Shown: positions 22,253-31,848 of the stretch, piece after piece
How the letters are laid out: every line of letters starts with the position of its first letter
How positions within the stretch are numbered: the stretch's first letter is position 1
Assembly: GCA_963718295.1 (NCBI GenBank)
Contig: CAVQYV010000008.1
Span: forward strand, 79,098 to 143,097
Source: an uncultured Methylomirabilota bacterium
GTDB taxonomy: Bacteria > Methylomirabilota > Methylomirabilia > CAVQYV01
Direction: 5' to 3'
DNA length: 64,000 nt
The notes under the pieces: model-generated
Seen by the model: the letters and a program-made list of their open reading frames with translations, nothing else
Database searches by the model: none
Told to the model about the DNA's origin: nothing
Position numbers and translations under genes: made by a program

Positions 22253-24087
22253 ATGCGACGGAATCAGATCCAAATGCTCGTAGTTGCAGCTCTTGTTTTC
22301 TTCTCACTCTTGGGTGAGGTAGCACCTTCTGAGGCCTCCACCAGCGTTTTCCAGGGGTTGGAGCGCTACCCCGTGAATGGAAAGGAATGGATACCATTGG
22401 TGGATGGCAAAGCATATTTTCGGGATGCCTTCGTAGGCGGTTTGACAGCCATTCTCGACGCTGCCGATGGGGAGGAATGGGGAGGTTCGGTGGTCCGGCC
22501 TGATGGTTCCTATCTCTACTGGTATCCCATTAGATTCCATTCGAATTACCAGGGTAAATCGGACTGCTTTGTATGCTCGAATTGGCGAGAGCCCGTCTGT
22601 GGCTCGAACAGCATCATGATGCGTTGGTATACGAATGTACGTCCCGATGCGGATAGCGGATTGCCATGCTATCCCACTGGCCTCTGGAGGTATAGCTTCA
22701 CGAAGAACGGCGTTGCCTTTGCTACTCCGGAATTCACGCTTTTGCCACAGATTCCTGGGGTGCCGTGCTTCAGCCAAGGAGACCAGCAACACACCTTAGC
22801 GATTCCATCTGTAAGGGGCCGAGGAGACAATGGTCGCATTACATCCGTTCGCTGCGGCGGAAAGTACCAGATTCCCTGGACGATTGCTGCCAAAGGGTGT
22901 CTCCTGGTTAACGCTGTTATGATTCTACAATACCACGGGGTGACTACAGGGAGTCGACGGCGGAACCTGTGACGCCGGAGAACCTGAATGCCTGGCTAAT
23001 TGAAACAGGGTACGGCTATGACGCCGATAGGTGAACTGAGACTGCCAAAAGCTGAGAAAGTACTCGGGCGGGCAAGTGACATATCGCCAAATGGTCGAGT
23101 TGGATACTGATGTTCCATAGCGATGCTTTCCTTCGAGAAGAAATGTGCAAGTATGGACCTACCGTGATCCGGGTCCAGTTCGCCCGCCGGGTCATCCGGG
23201 GCCACTTCGTGGTAGGCGACTGGGCGGGACTACCCCGCAGGAAAGCACCTGGCTGATTAACGATCCAGCCGGAGGAGAAGTGACTACGTTGGCCCAAATA
23301 TGGAAATCGATACTATTGTCTCCGGAGGTTTACTGGCCCGGAATTTGGTTGGACGGACCGTTTAGTGGACTCAGTATCAAGCTATACTCCCCTGCGGAGT
23401 TCTTCTCACTGACCCGCAGGGACGGCGGACAGGGCGGGACCCCATCAGCAACATGGGCTTACAGGGAGATTCCGCGCTCTGCTTACGTGGACGTCTGCAT
23501 TGCAGATGCGGAGAATGGCGAACTCGTCCCTCCGGTAATGGAACTTGAGGTATTGCGAGCCTATAGACGGGACTTACACCCTACAGGTGACGGGGATTGA
23601 AGCGGGAGGTTACAGTCTCTATATTCGGCCTGAAGATCGGACAGGGGAATCGGCCTCCCAGACGTTGCTCGGGGAGATCCCTACCTATCCAGGTGCTATC
23701 CACAGCTATACTATCGAATACTCTGCTACTCCCGGTGCCATATTGAAGCTCTTCGGTGGCTTTGACGGACACGGCCAAAGGCCCAGTAACGTAAACATGT
23801 TCCTGTCCTACGGCAACCCTATGAGCTCTCGGGTTCAGCTTGAGGCGGGTGAGAAGACATTTCCTCTTGTGATCTTATACGGAGCCACCATTCAGCCGCA
23901 AACCTTTCGGGCTACGCTAAATGGAACGGATATAACGGCCCAGTTCCGCCCTATCCCCGGAGGAACCGAACTGATCAACCTGTCGCTGGATCCTGGCTCA
24001 AACCCATTAGTTCTGTCCGTAGACGGTGCCACCGCCTCGGGCAGGGTGGCCACGGACACGGACCGCTTGGTCTTCCTAGTGCCATGA
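22253..24087 (+). pseudogene. secreted protein with C39-like (papain-fold) peptidase domain plus C-terminal beta-rich module; several frameshifts
   Basis: Signal peptide MRRNQIQMLVVAALVFFSLLGEVAPSEA; peptidase motifs VPCFSQ, KGCLLVNAVMILQYHG, and in a shifted frame GHFVVGDWAG then LINDPAGG; coding continues across at least three frame changes (track ORFs 22166..22972, 23145..23600, 23545..24087). Confidence 0.5.
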
Positions 24088-24952
24088 GATCGGGATTCCT
24101 TTCCTGCATCTTCTTGTTAATTTTGATTATCGCGCCACCGATCAGGCAGCTCGAAATCGGAGCGACCCCCCCAGATCCCCAGCAAACACTCATGGAGAGA
24201 AAGCCGTCCAAAGAGCCCTTTCACAGTCTCACCCTCAGGCTCTTGGGTCTTAAGATGGACCGGATCAGTCAAAATTTGGTGAGCGAGCTTCTTCTGACCG
24301 ATTCCCAGGGGCGGCGAACGGGAACAGACCCCATGGCAAGAGCCAGATATAAGGAAATCCCTCAATCCGCCTACATAGAGGAATATATGGTTCGTCCAAT
24401 GAAAGAGCTTGAGATCTCCAAGCCGCTCGACGGATCATATATCGTTGCAGGTGATCGGGATAAACCGCGGAAGTTACGATTTGTCGACCTATCCGACCGA
24501 CGAAGCCGGAGACTCCCCCAATCAGCCCCGCTTTGATAACATCCCTATCGCACCCCGAATGGTACACGCCTACAAGCTGGACTACACTCGTACCCCTGGA
24601 ATTCCTCTCAAGGTCACCGGCGGCTTCGACGGGGGAGGAAAGGGGCCAACAGATATGAACAACTTCTTGACCTATGCAAATCCCATTTCCACTGAAACCG
24701 ACAATCCGGGCTGGAAAGACCCCCTTTCCTTTGATCCTATTTTATGCCCCCACCATCGATCCCGCTAGCTTCACGGCTACGCTGGATGGCGTCGATATCT
24801 CACGCCGGTTCAAGCCGATCCCCGGTGGCTACCAGGTCATTCCCCTCAAGTTCAGTGTTGGCTCGCATACCCTGATGCTTTCGGTGCAAGGGAAGACCTC
24901 CGGCGGCGAGGCGGCCACGGACACGGACAAGCTCACTTTCTCGGTTCATTGA
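24084..24952 (+). pseudogene. secreted paralog carrying only the C-terminal module of the upstream gene; two frameshifts
   Basis: ATGA start/stop overlap with upstream gene; signal peptide MRSGFLSCIFLLILIIAPP; homology to gene 1 module (GGFDGGGKGP..., ATLDGVDISRRFKPIPGG..., TDTDKLTFSVH) spread over frames at 24084, 24409 and 24674. Confidence 0.45.
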
Positions 24953-24984
24953 TGCGGGAGGGATTGAAAAGAAACCCACAATCC

Positions 24985-25341
24985 ATGAAAACTACCAAAT
25001 TGCTTTGGATTGCTGTGATCTCCGTTATTGTCCTCGCGGCCGGCTATTTGATGGTCTACAGAGGCCGACAGGCGCCGACTACGGTGGCCGCAAATACCGC
25101 GCGGCAAAATGATTCCCAAAATCAGAAGCAGGCGGGTCCGATGGCTCTCTCGGGCAAGGAACAAACGTATATCGTCGCCTCTGACTATGTCTCCGTGCGA
25201 CGGAACCAAACGTGCGTTTGCCGGAAGAGGCCCTCTCCTACAAAGAACTACAAGGAAAGGATCCCCCAAGCCTGGCCCCTTGCCTCTATTATGGAGAAAG
25301 CGTTCTGGGCGAGGCTGATCCCGCCCATCCGGACGTCATAA
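24985..25341 (+). CDS. possible small membrane-anchored hypothetical protein
   Basis: MKTTKLLWIAVISVIVLAAGYLMVYRGRQ N-terminal TM; C-terminal half looks poor; ends just before the REP/RAYT element. Confidence 0.2.
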   Translation: MKTTKLLWIAVISVIVLAAGYLMVYRGRQAPTTVAANTARQNDSQNQKQAGPMALSGKEQTYIVASDYVSVRRNQTCVCRKRPSPTKNYKERIPQAWPLASIMEKAFWARLIPPIRTS

Positions 25342-25371
25342 CTCTTCGCGCCCCGGTTCAGGGATATGCAG

Positions 25372-25809
25372 GAATCAGGGGACATAATACCGATTCTTCC
25401 CTTGCCTTTGTAAGTAGATCCTCATAGCATACCCGTATGGCCCGTATCTCGCGCATCGTCGTTCCGGGTTACCCCCACCATGTAACCCAGCGGGGCGTCC
25501 GCTCGATGGAGGTGTTTCACAGGGATGAGGAACGCCACGCTTACCTTCGGTTTCTTGCCGAGGAGGCAGGCCGCTTCGATGTGGACATCCTCTGCTGGTG
25601 CCTGATGAGCAACCATGTCCATGTCATAGCCGTCCCCCATCAGGAGACCTCTCTTGCCAGGGCGTTCGGCGAGGCGCACCGGCGCTATACCTGATGGAAG
25701 AACTTCGCGGAAGGCGTACGCGGGTATCTCTTCCAGGGACGGTTCAGCTCGTCCGTCCTCGGCGAAGATCACCTGCTTTCTGAATCGGTGAATCAGGGGA
25801 CATAATACC
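25372..25809 (+). mobile_element. REP/RAYT-like element, copy A (carries the transposase ORF; 3' part missing)
   Basis: Starts with gaatcaggggacataatac shared by all three copies; contains the Y1 HUH transposase ORF. Confidence 0.7.
25437..25808 (+). pseudogene. IS200/IS605-superfamily Y1 (HUH) transposase of the REP-associated (RAYT-like) type, nonsense codon and 3' truncation
   Basis: MARISRIVVPGYPHHVTQRGVRSMEVF...LMSNHVHVIAVP (HUH motif) ...RRYT-TGA-WKNFAEGVRGYLFQGRF; in-frame TGA at 25692-25694; ORF ends where copy B begins. Confidence 0.7.
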
Positions 25810-26100
25810 GATTCTTCCCTTGCCTTTGTCAGTAGATTCTCATAGCATACCAGTAGGGCCCGTATCTCGCGCATCGTTGTTCCGGGTTGAAAGGAGTTTC
25901 TTCGCAGCGGAGACGACCAGGCAACGGTCCGGCTCTGGCTGGCGACGCGGACGGGTCGGCCGGCAGGCGGTGAGGAGCTTATTGCCCTAGTGGAACGGCT
26001 GACGGGTCGTGACCTGCGCAAAGGGCCGCCGGGAAGGCCCAGAAAGGCGCAGGCATAAAACAGTATTATGTCCCCGGATTCCCCTGTCCCCGGATTCCCC
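25810..26100 (+). mobile_element. REP/RAYT-like element, copy B (internally deleted derivative, MITE-like)
   Basis: Same 5' end; retains only first about 8 codons (start ATG changed to AGG) fused to transposase C-terminal coding (TRTGRPAGGEELIALVERLTGRDLRKGPPGRPRKAQA); ends gtattatgtcccc plus ggattcccctgtccccggattcccc, inverted relative to the 5' end. Confidence 0.7.
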
Positions 26101-26196
26101 CGGACAAGGCTGATCACTTCATTTTCAGATGTAATAATCATTCGCTTTAGAAGTCTAAGCTGTTCCGAAACCATTTTACAATTAAAGGAGAGGTGT

Positions 26197-27024
26197 ATGA
26201 AAAAGATTTCAGTATTATTCGTCTTAGCGATTCTCTTTGTTTCTTCGATTTCCCTTGCTCAAGAAAAAGATATGAAAGGTTCGCAAGATCATCCGTTGCT
26301 TTCAAGAATTCCTAACTACTACATAAGCGACCAAGCAAAAAAAGATTTCGATAGTTATACATCCCCATACATTGATAAAGATAATGTTTGGGAAGGAAAG
26401 CTCACTCAAACAAATTATTCCGCTAAAGAAGGAACTAAAGAATTAAGCTTCCTTCAGATAGTAAAAAATTATGAAAATGCCATAAAAAAACTGGGCGGAA
26501 AAATATTGTTATCAGAAACTCGAATATTAAACGCTAAGATCGAAAAAAATAAAGGCGTTACTTATGTAAGCGTTGAGGCATTTAATGACGGAAGAAATTA
26601 CACTTTGATTATCGTCGAAAACAAACCGATGGAAGACGAAGTTACTATTGACGCTGCATCTTTGAGTAAAGGTATTTCTGAAACAGGAAAAATTGCTATT
26701 TACGGAATTTATTTTGACACCGGCAAATCAGATATCAAACCGGAATCTAAGCCAACAATTGTTGAAATTGTAAAAATGCTAAAACAAAACTCAAAGCTAA
26801 AGCTTTTTGTTGTTGGGCATACAGATATTGATGGTTCCTTGGAATCAAATATGAAATTATCATCAGGCCGCGCAGCTTCGGTTGTCAAAGCTTTAATTGA
26901 AAATGGAATTCAGGCTTCAAGATTAAAATCTGGTGGAGTTGGACCTTACTGCCCGGTTGAAAGTAATCATACCGAAGGAGGAAAAGCAAAAAACCGTAGA
27001 GTCGAGTTAGTAGAAATGTTTTAA
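26197..27024 (+). CDS. OmpA family protein (lipoprotein-like signal, C-terminal OmpA peptidoglycan-binding domain)
   Basis: MKKISVLFVLAILFVSSISLA signal; C-terminal IYFDTGKSDIKPES...LFVVGHTDIDGSLESNMKLSSGRAASV...NRRVELVEMF; AT-rich codon usage unlike the rest of the window; RBS aaaggagagg. Confidence 0.85.
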   Translation: MKKISVLFVLAILFVSSISLAQEKDMKGSQDHPLLSRIPNYYISDQAKKDFDSYTSPYIDKDNVWEGKLTQTNYSAKEGTKELSFLQIVKNYENAIKKLGGKILLSETRILNAKIEKNKGVTYVSVEAFNDGRNYTLIIVENKPMEDEVTIDAASLSKGISETGKIAIYGIYFDTGKSDIKPESKPTIVEIVKMLKQNSKLKLFVVGHTDIDGSLESNMKLSSGRAASVVKALIENGIQASRLKSGGVGPYCPVESNHTEGGKAKNRRVELVEMF

Positions 27025-27178
27025 ACTCATTTTCAACAGTCTCCGCGCTTATCCACAGACCTGCTGTCAGTAAAATCCACGACTTAAGATGATCCGCGTC
27101 CTTCTCTCACCCGAAAAGTAGTGCTAACTATGTGTATTTTGCCCTTACAACTGCCCTTCTTTCCGGCATCCTGGGGCC

Positions 27179-28613
27179 ATGTTCGTCAGGCTCAAGAGCT
27201 ATTTATCTAAAGGCAACAGATACGAATATCTCCAGATCGTCGAATCCTATCGGGATCACGGTGCCGTCCGCCAGAGAGTCGTGTCTAATATCGGCCGGCT
27301 CGATCTGCTGGCCGCCTCCGAGCAACTCGATCAGATCGTTTCGGGCCTCTCCCGCTACAGCGAGGCCTACCGTGGATTTCAAGCCTTCCTCCGGGGGAGC
27401 TGGAAGGATGTACCGCCCGCACCTGGGGACCCTGCCGATCTTTGGCCGGCTCTGGGAGGATCAGCGGCTGCCGGAGGTGATCCGGCATCTGGCCCAGGGA
27501 CGAGGGTTCCAGTTCGAAGTGGAACGAGCGGTCTTCGCCCTGGCGCTGCAACGGCTCTGTGCCCCGGGAGCGATCTTTCCGGTCGAGGATGGCTGGAGAC
27601 GGTAGAGGCCCCCGGATTGCAGGCATTGCGCCTGCAGCATCTGTACCGGACCTGCACGTTCCTGGCCGGGATCCGGGAAGAGCTGGAGCGGGAGCTCTTC
27701 TTCCGGGACCGGGATCTCTTCTCCCAGGAGCTGGACCTGGTCTTCCTGGACACCACCTCCACCTATGTGTACCGGGATCAGGAGACGCCCTATCGGCGAC
27801 GGGGGTTCTCCCGGGATCGCCGGGCCGATCTGCCCCAGTTCGTCCTGTGCGTGGCGGTGGATGCCAAGGGGTGGCCCGTAGCCTGGGAGATCTATCCGGG
27901 CAACACGGCGGACGGGGTCGCCCTGGAGCGGATCGTGGGAGCCCTGCGGGAGCGCTTTCGGATTCGGCGGGCCATCGTGGTGGCCGACCGGGGGATGATG
28001 TCCCGGGAGACGATCCGGCTGCTGGAGGCACACCCGGCCCCCTTCGACTACATCCTGGGCTGTCGGATGCGAGAACAAAAGGAGGTACGCGAAGAGGTGC
28101 TGGCCCGGGTGGGCCGCTACCAGGTCGTAGCCGGGAACCTGGAGGTGAAAGAGGTGAGCGTAGGAGGCAAGCGCTACCTCGTCTGCCGCAACCCGGAGGA
28201 GGTCCAGAAGGATCAGGCGGCCCGGGAGGCTATCCTGGCCCAGCTGGAGGAGGTCCTCTCTCAGGGTCCAAGGGACTCATGGCCAACAAGGGGTATAGGC
28301 GTTTCCTGAAGATCGGGAAAGGCTCGGTGCGCATCGATCCTTTGGCCGTCGAGCAGGATGCCCGCCTGGACGGCAAGTTCGTGCTGGCCACCAATACCGA
28401 TTGCCCGCAGCGGAGGTGGCCCGAAGCTACAAGAGCCTCTGGCGGGTGGAGCGTACCTTTCGCGAGGAGAAATCTACCTTGGAGGTGCGGCCATCTATCA
28501 CCATCGGGATGACACCTGCATCGGCACATCGTCGCCTCCTTTTGGCCCTGCGCCTGGAGGTGGACCTGCAACGGAGACTGGAGGAGAAGGAAATCGAGGC
28601 CCGGCCCAGCTGA
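27179..28613 (+). pseudogene. IS4-superfamily (IS1634-family-like) DDE transposase, multiply frameshifted
   Basis: N-terminus MFVRLKSYLSKGNRYEYLQIVESYRDHGAVRQRVVSNIGRLD; DDE region LVFLDTTSTYVY...VVADRGMMS; C-terminal segments DGKFVLATN and YKSLWRVERTFREEKSTLEVRP lie in two further frames. Confidence 0.55.
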
Positions 28614-28881
28614 TGCAACAGCTTTCCAGGTGCAGGCGGTGCACATCGGCCTGGGGGACGACACTTCCTCCACGGACATCTGGGTCCGCTTCTCTCGCCT
28701 TCCAGGCGGTGGGCATGCGTCCCCGCCGGATGGTGGAGATGGAGGGAGGAAGATGTAGTGCCAAGAATTGGAGCTAAGCGAATCTGCTAAATAATAAGTA
28801 CAGAAAGGCAGGAAGAGAAAAGCAATATGTATCAAGGCCTTTGGCCCCCTCCATACTGTTTCAGGAAGGTGTGCCATCCTT

Positions 28882-28964
28882 GGAAGAATCAGGGGACATG
28901 GAAGAATCAGGGAAGAATCAGGGGACATGGAAGAATCAGGGGACATGGAAGAATCAGGGGACAT
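28882..28964 (+). repeat. about 4.6 tandem copies of an 18-bp unit (ggaagaatcaggggacat) at the 5' end of element copy C
   Basis: Directly visible; unit equals the element 5' terminal sequence. Confidence 0.8.
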
Positions 28965-29262
28965 AATACCGATTCTTCCCTTGCCTTTATCAGTAGATTC
29001 TCATCGCATACCAGTATGGCCCGTATCCCGCGCATCGTTGTTCCGGGTTGAAAGGAGTTTCTTCGCAGCGGAGACGACCAGGGGACGGTCCGGCTCTGGC
29101 TGGCGACGCGGACGGGGCGGCCGGCAGGCGGTGAGGAGTTTATTGCCCTAGTGGAACGGCTGACGGGTCGTGACCTGCGCAAAGGGCGGCCGGGAAGGCC
29201 CAGAAAGGCGCAGGCATAAAAACAGTATTATGTCCCCGGATTCCCCTGTCCCCGGATTCCCC
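28882..29262 (+). mobile_element. REP/RAYT-like element, copy C (internally deleted derivative, MITE-like)
   Basis: Near-identical to copy B over about 300 bp, including start ATG, the same internal deletion and the same 3' end (gtattatgtccccggattcccctgtccccggattcccc). Confidence 0.7.
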
Positions 29263-29491
29263 ACAGGGGTTTTTGAACCCGAGCCTCTTGACATTCATGG
29301 GGGCGACCCACTCCCGCACCCTTCTTTCCGCCTCTTCCAGATCCTTCACGATCTTGTTGACCCCGCAGACCAAAATCACCTTCCTGGGTCCGAAGGTCAT
29401 CGCCGCCACTCGATTGCCCGTGCCATCAATGTTGAAGAGCTTGCCGTCTTCCGTTACCGCATTGCTGCTGCCAACAAACACATCGGCCAGA
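29263..29491 (-). pseudogene. internal fragment of an LUD-domain gene (duplicate of part of 34018..34674)
   Basis: About 230 bp roughly 90 percent identical to 34146..34371; encodes ADVFVGSSNAVTEDGKLFNIDGTGNRVAAMTFGPRKVILVCGVNKIVKDLEEAERRVREWVAPMNVKRLGFKNPC; bounded by element copy C and the Kelch gene 1 leader. Confidence 0.55.
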
Positions 29492-29667
29492 TGCATGCGT
29501 GATGATACGAGGTGCAACGGGAACTGCGGAGGTCCAACGGGCCTCTCATCTTGCAGGCATTGAAAGCCAATGGCCTATTTCTTGCTGAGGTCGATTTAAC
29601 AGCCTACTGGAAAGATCGTTCAGGTGGCATCCGAAGACCCGAGCGGAGATCAGAAAGGAGGAGCAAG

Positions 29668-31799
29668 GTGAAACGGAAAAGCTCCACCTCGCTGCAATTC
29701 ATTCTCTTGGTTCCCCTGTCTCTCATCATCCTTTTCGCCGCTTCCAGCCAAGGGGCAGAGCAATGGAAGGACACTTTTGTGGGTGTCCCCCGAGCGAGCG
29801 GTCCCGCCATCTGGACCGGCACGGAGATGATCGTCTGGGGAGGCACCTATTACTATAGAAGCGGAGGACGCTTCAACCCCTCCACGGACGCTTGGACACC
29901 TATTTCCAACGCCAGGGCACCGCTGCCCGGGTATGCCCACACCGCCATCTGGACCGGCACGGAGATGATCATCTGGGGAAGTGGTAGCAACAGCGGCGGA
30001 CGGTACAATCCGACTACCGATACCTGGACTCCCGCTTCGACTGCCGGAGCGCCATCACCAAGATCTGGCCACACCGCCATCTGGACCGGCACGGAGATGA
30101 TCGTCTGGGGAGGGTATGACGGCAGTTCCTATCTCAACACCGGCGCCCGCTACAATCCCACCACCAACACCTGGATTCCTCTCCCCACGGTCGGGGCACC
30201 AAGGATGAGGGAAGACCACACCGCGGTCTGGACCGGCAGCCAGATGGTTGTGTGGGGAGGGAGCAGTGCAGGAGGGCGCAAGAACACGGGCGGACGGTAC
30301 AATCCGACTACCGATACCTGGACTCCCACCTCGACTGCCAGTGCGCCATCACCAAGATCTGGCCACACCGCCATCTGGACCGGCACGGAGATGATCGTCT
30401 GGGGAGGGTATGACGGCAGCTCCTATCTCAATACGGGCGCCCTCTACAATCCGACTACCGATACCTGGACTCCCACCTCGACTGCCAGTGCGCCAGCGCC
30501 AAGATATGCCCACACCGCCATCTGGACCGGCACGGAGATGATCGTCTGGGGAGGTGGCAGCAACACCGGCGCCCTCTACAATCCGACTACCGATACCTGG
30601 ACTCCCACCTCGACTGCCAGTGCGCCAGCGCCAAGATATGCCCACACCGCCATCTGGACCGGCACGGAGATGATCGTCTGGGGAGGACACGGCAGTTTCT
30701 ATCCCGACACGGGGCCCGCTACAATCCCACCACCAACACCTGGAGGGGAATGTCCCTTGAGTACTGTCCCGAGCCCAGAGGGGATCACACCGCCATCTGG
30801 ACCGGCACGGAGATGGTCGTCTGGGGGGGGTATAACGGGTATCTCGCGGGATGGGGAGGCCACTATATCCCCCTCACGGATACGTGGAAATGGGGGGAAC
30901 CCCTAACCACAATGTGGTACCCCCCAGGGCACAGACGAGGTCACACCGCCGTCTGGACCGGCACTTGGATGATCCTCTGGGGAGGGTATGGGTACGATAA
31001 TTTTTGCGGGGGCTTTATTACATACCTCAACGACGGCAGCTTCTACTTGCCTTCTATGTATCCGGTTAATACATGGTATCGGATCTATTCCCTGGGGGCG
31101 CCACAGGCAAGATGTTGGCACACCGCCATCTGGACCGGCAGGAAGATGATCGTCTGGGGAGGATACGACGGCCGAACCTATTTCATCACCGGCGGGCGCT
31201 TCAGCCCGGAGACAAATATTTGGCAAGGCACGTCCACCGAAGGGGCACCGAGAGGAAGGTCCCGGCACACCGCCATCTGGACCGGCAAAGAGATGATCGT
31301 CTGGGGAGGACTTGATCGCACGGCCTCGTTCAACACGGGCGGGCGCTACCGCCCCAGCACCGATACCTGGTCTCCCACCTCGACTGCCAGTGCGCCATCA
31401 CCAAGATCTGGCCACACCGCCATTTGGACCGGGAAGGAAATGATCGTCTGGGGAGGGTATGACGGCAGCTCCTATCTCAACACCGGCGCCCGCTACAATC
31501 CGACTACCGATACCTGGTCTCCCATTTCCACCGCCGGTGCGCCATCACCAAGATCCGGCCATACCGCGGTCTGGACCGGCACCCAAATGATCGTGTGGGG
31601 CGGCAAGAATGCCTCTGGTTGCATGAGAACCGGGGGCCGCTACGACCCCGTCACGGACACCTGGACCCCCACCACCCTGAAGCTGGCACCCGTGGGAAGG
31701 GCCCATCACACCGCCATTTGGACTGGCACGGAGATGGTCGTCTGGGGAGGGATGAATGGTGGCTTCTACCTCAACACGGGTGGCCGCTATACCCCTTGA
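29668..31799 (+). CDS. secreted Kelch-repeat (beta-propeller) protein, paralog 1; one frameshift near 30713
   Basis: GTG start after RBS aaaggagga; signal peptide KRKSSTSLQFILLVPLSLIILFAASSQGA; about 13 repeats of the RYNPTTDTWTP...APSPRSGHTAIWTGTEMIVWGG unit; frame change between track ORFs 29512..30906 and 30750..31799. Confidence 0.6.
30436..30686 (+). repeat. perfect intragenic tandem duplication (119 bp identical, 132-bp period) inside Kelch gene 1
   Basis: ggcgccctctacaatccgactaccgatacctggactccc...gatcgtctggggagg occurs at 30436 and again at 30568. Confidence 0.75.
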
Positions 31800-31848
31800 T
31801 TCCAGCGAAATCGGAAGAATCCAGCGGAGGTCGGAAAGGAGGAACAAG

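Noticed and set aside
25692-25694. TGA considered as selenocysteine or other recoding
   Set aside because: Homologs have Arg here and the ORF is also 3'-truncated; a nonsense mutation is simpler
27285-28078. Minus-strand ORFs 27285..28031, 27379..27762, 27461..28078
   Set aside because: Antisense to the transposase coding region; Pro/Arg-rich
28882-28964. 18-bp tandem repeats considered as a possible CRISPR array
   Set aside because: Units are directly adjacent with no spacers and match the REP/RAYT-like element terminus
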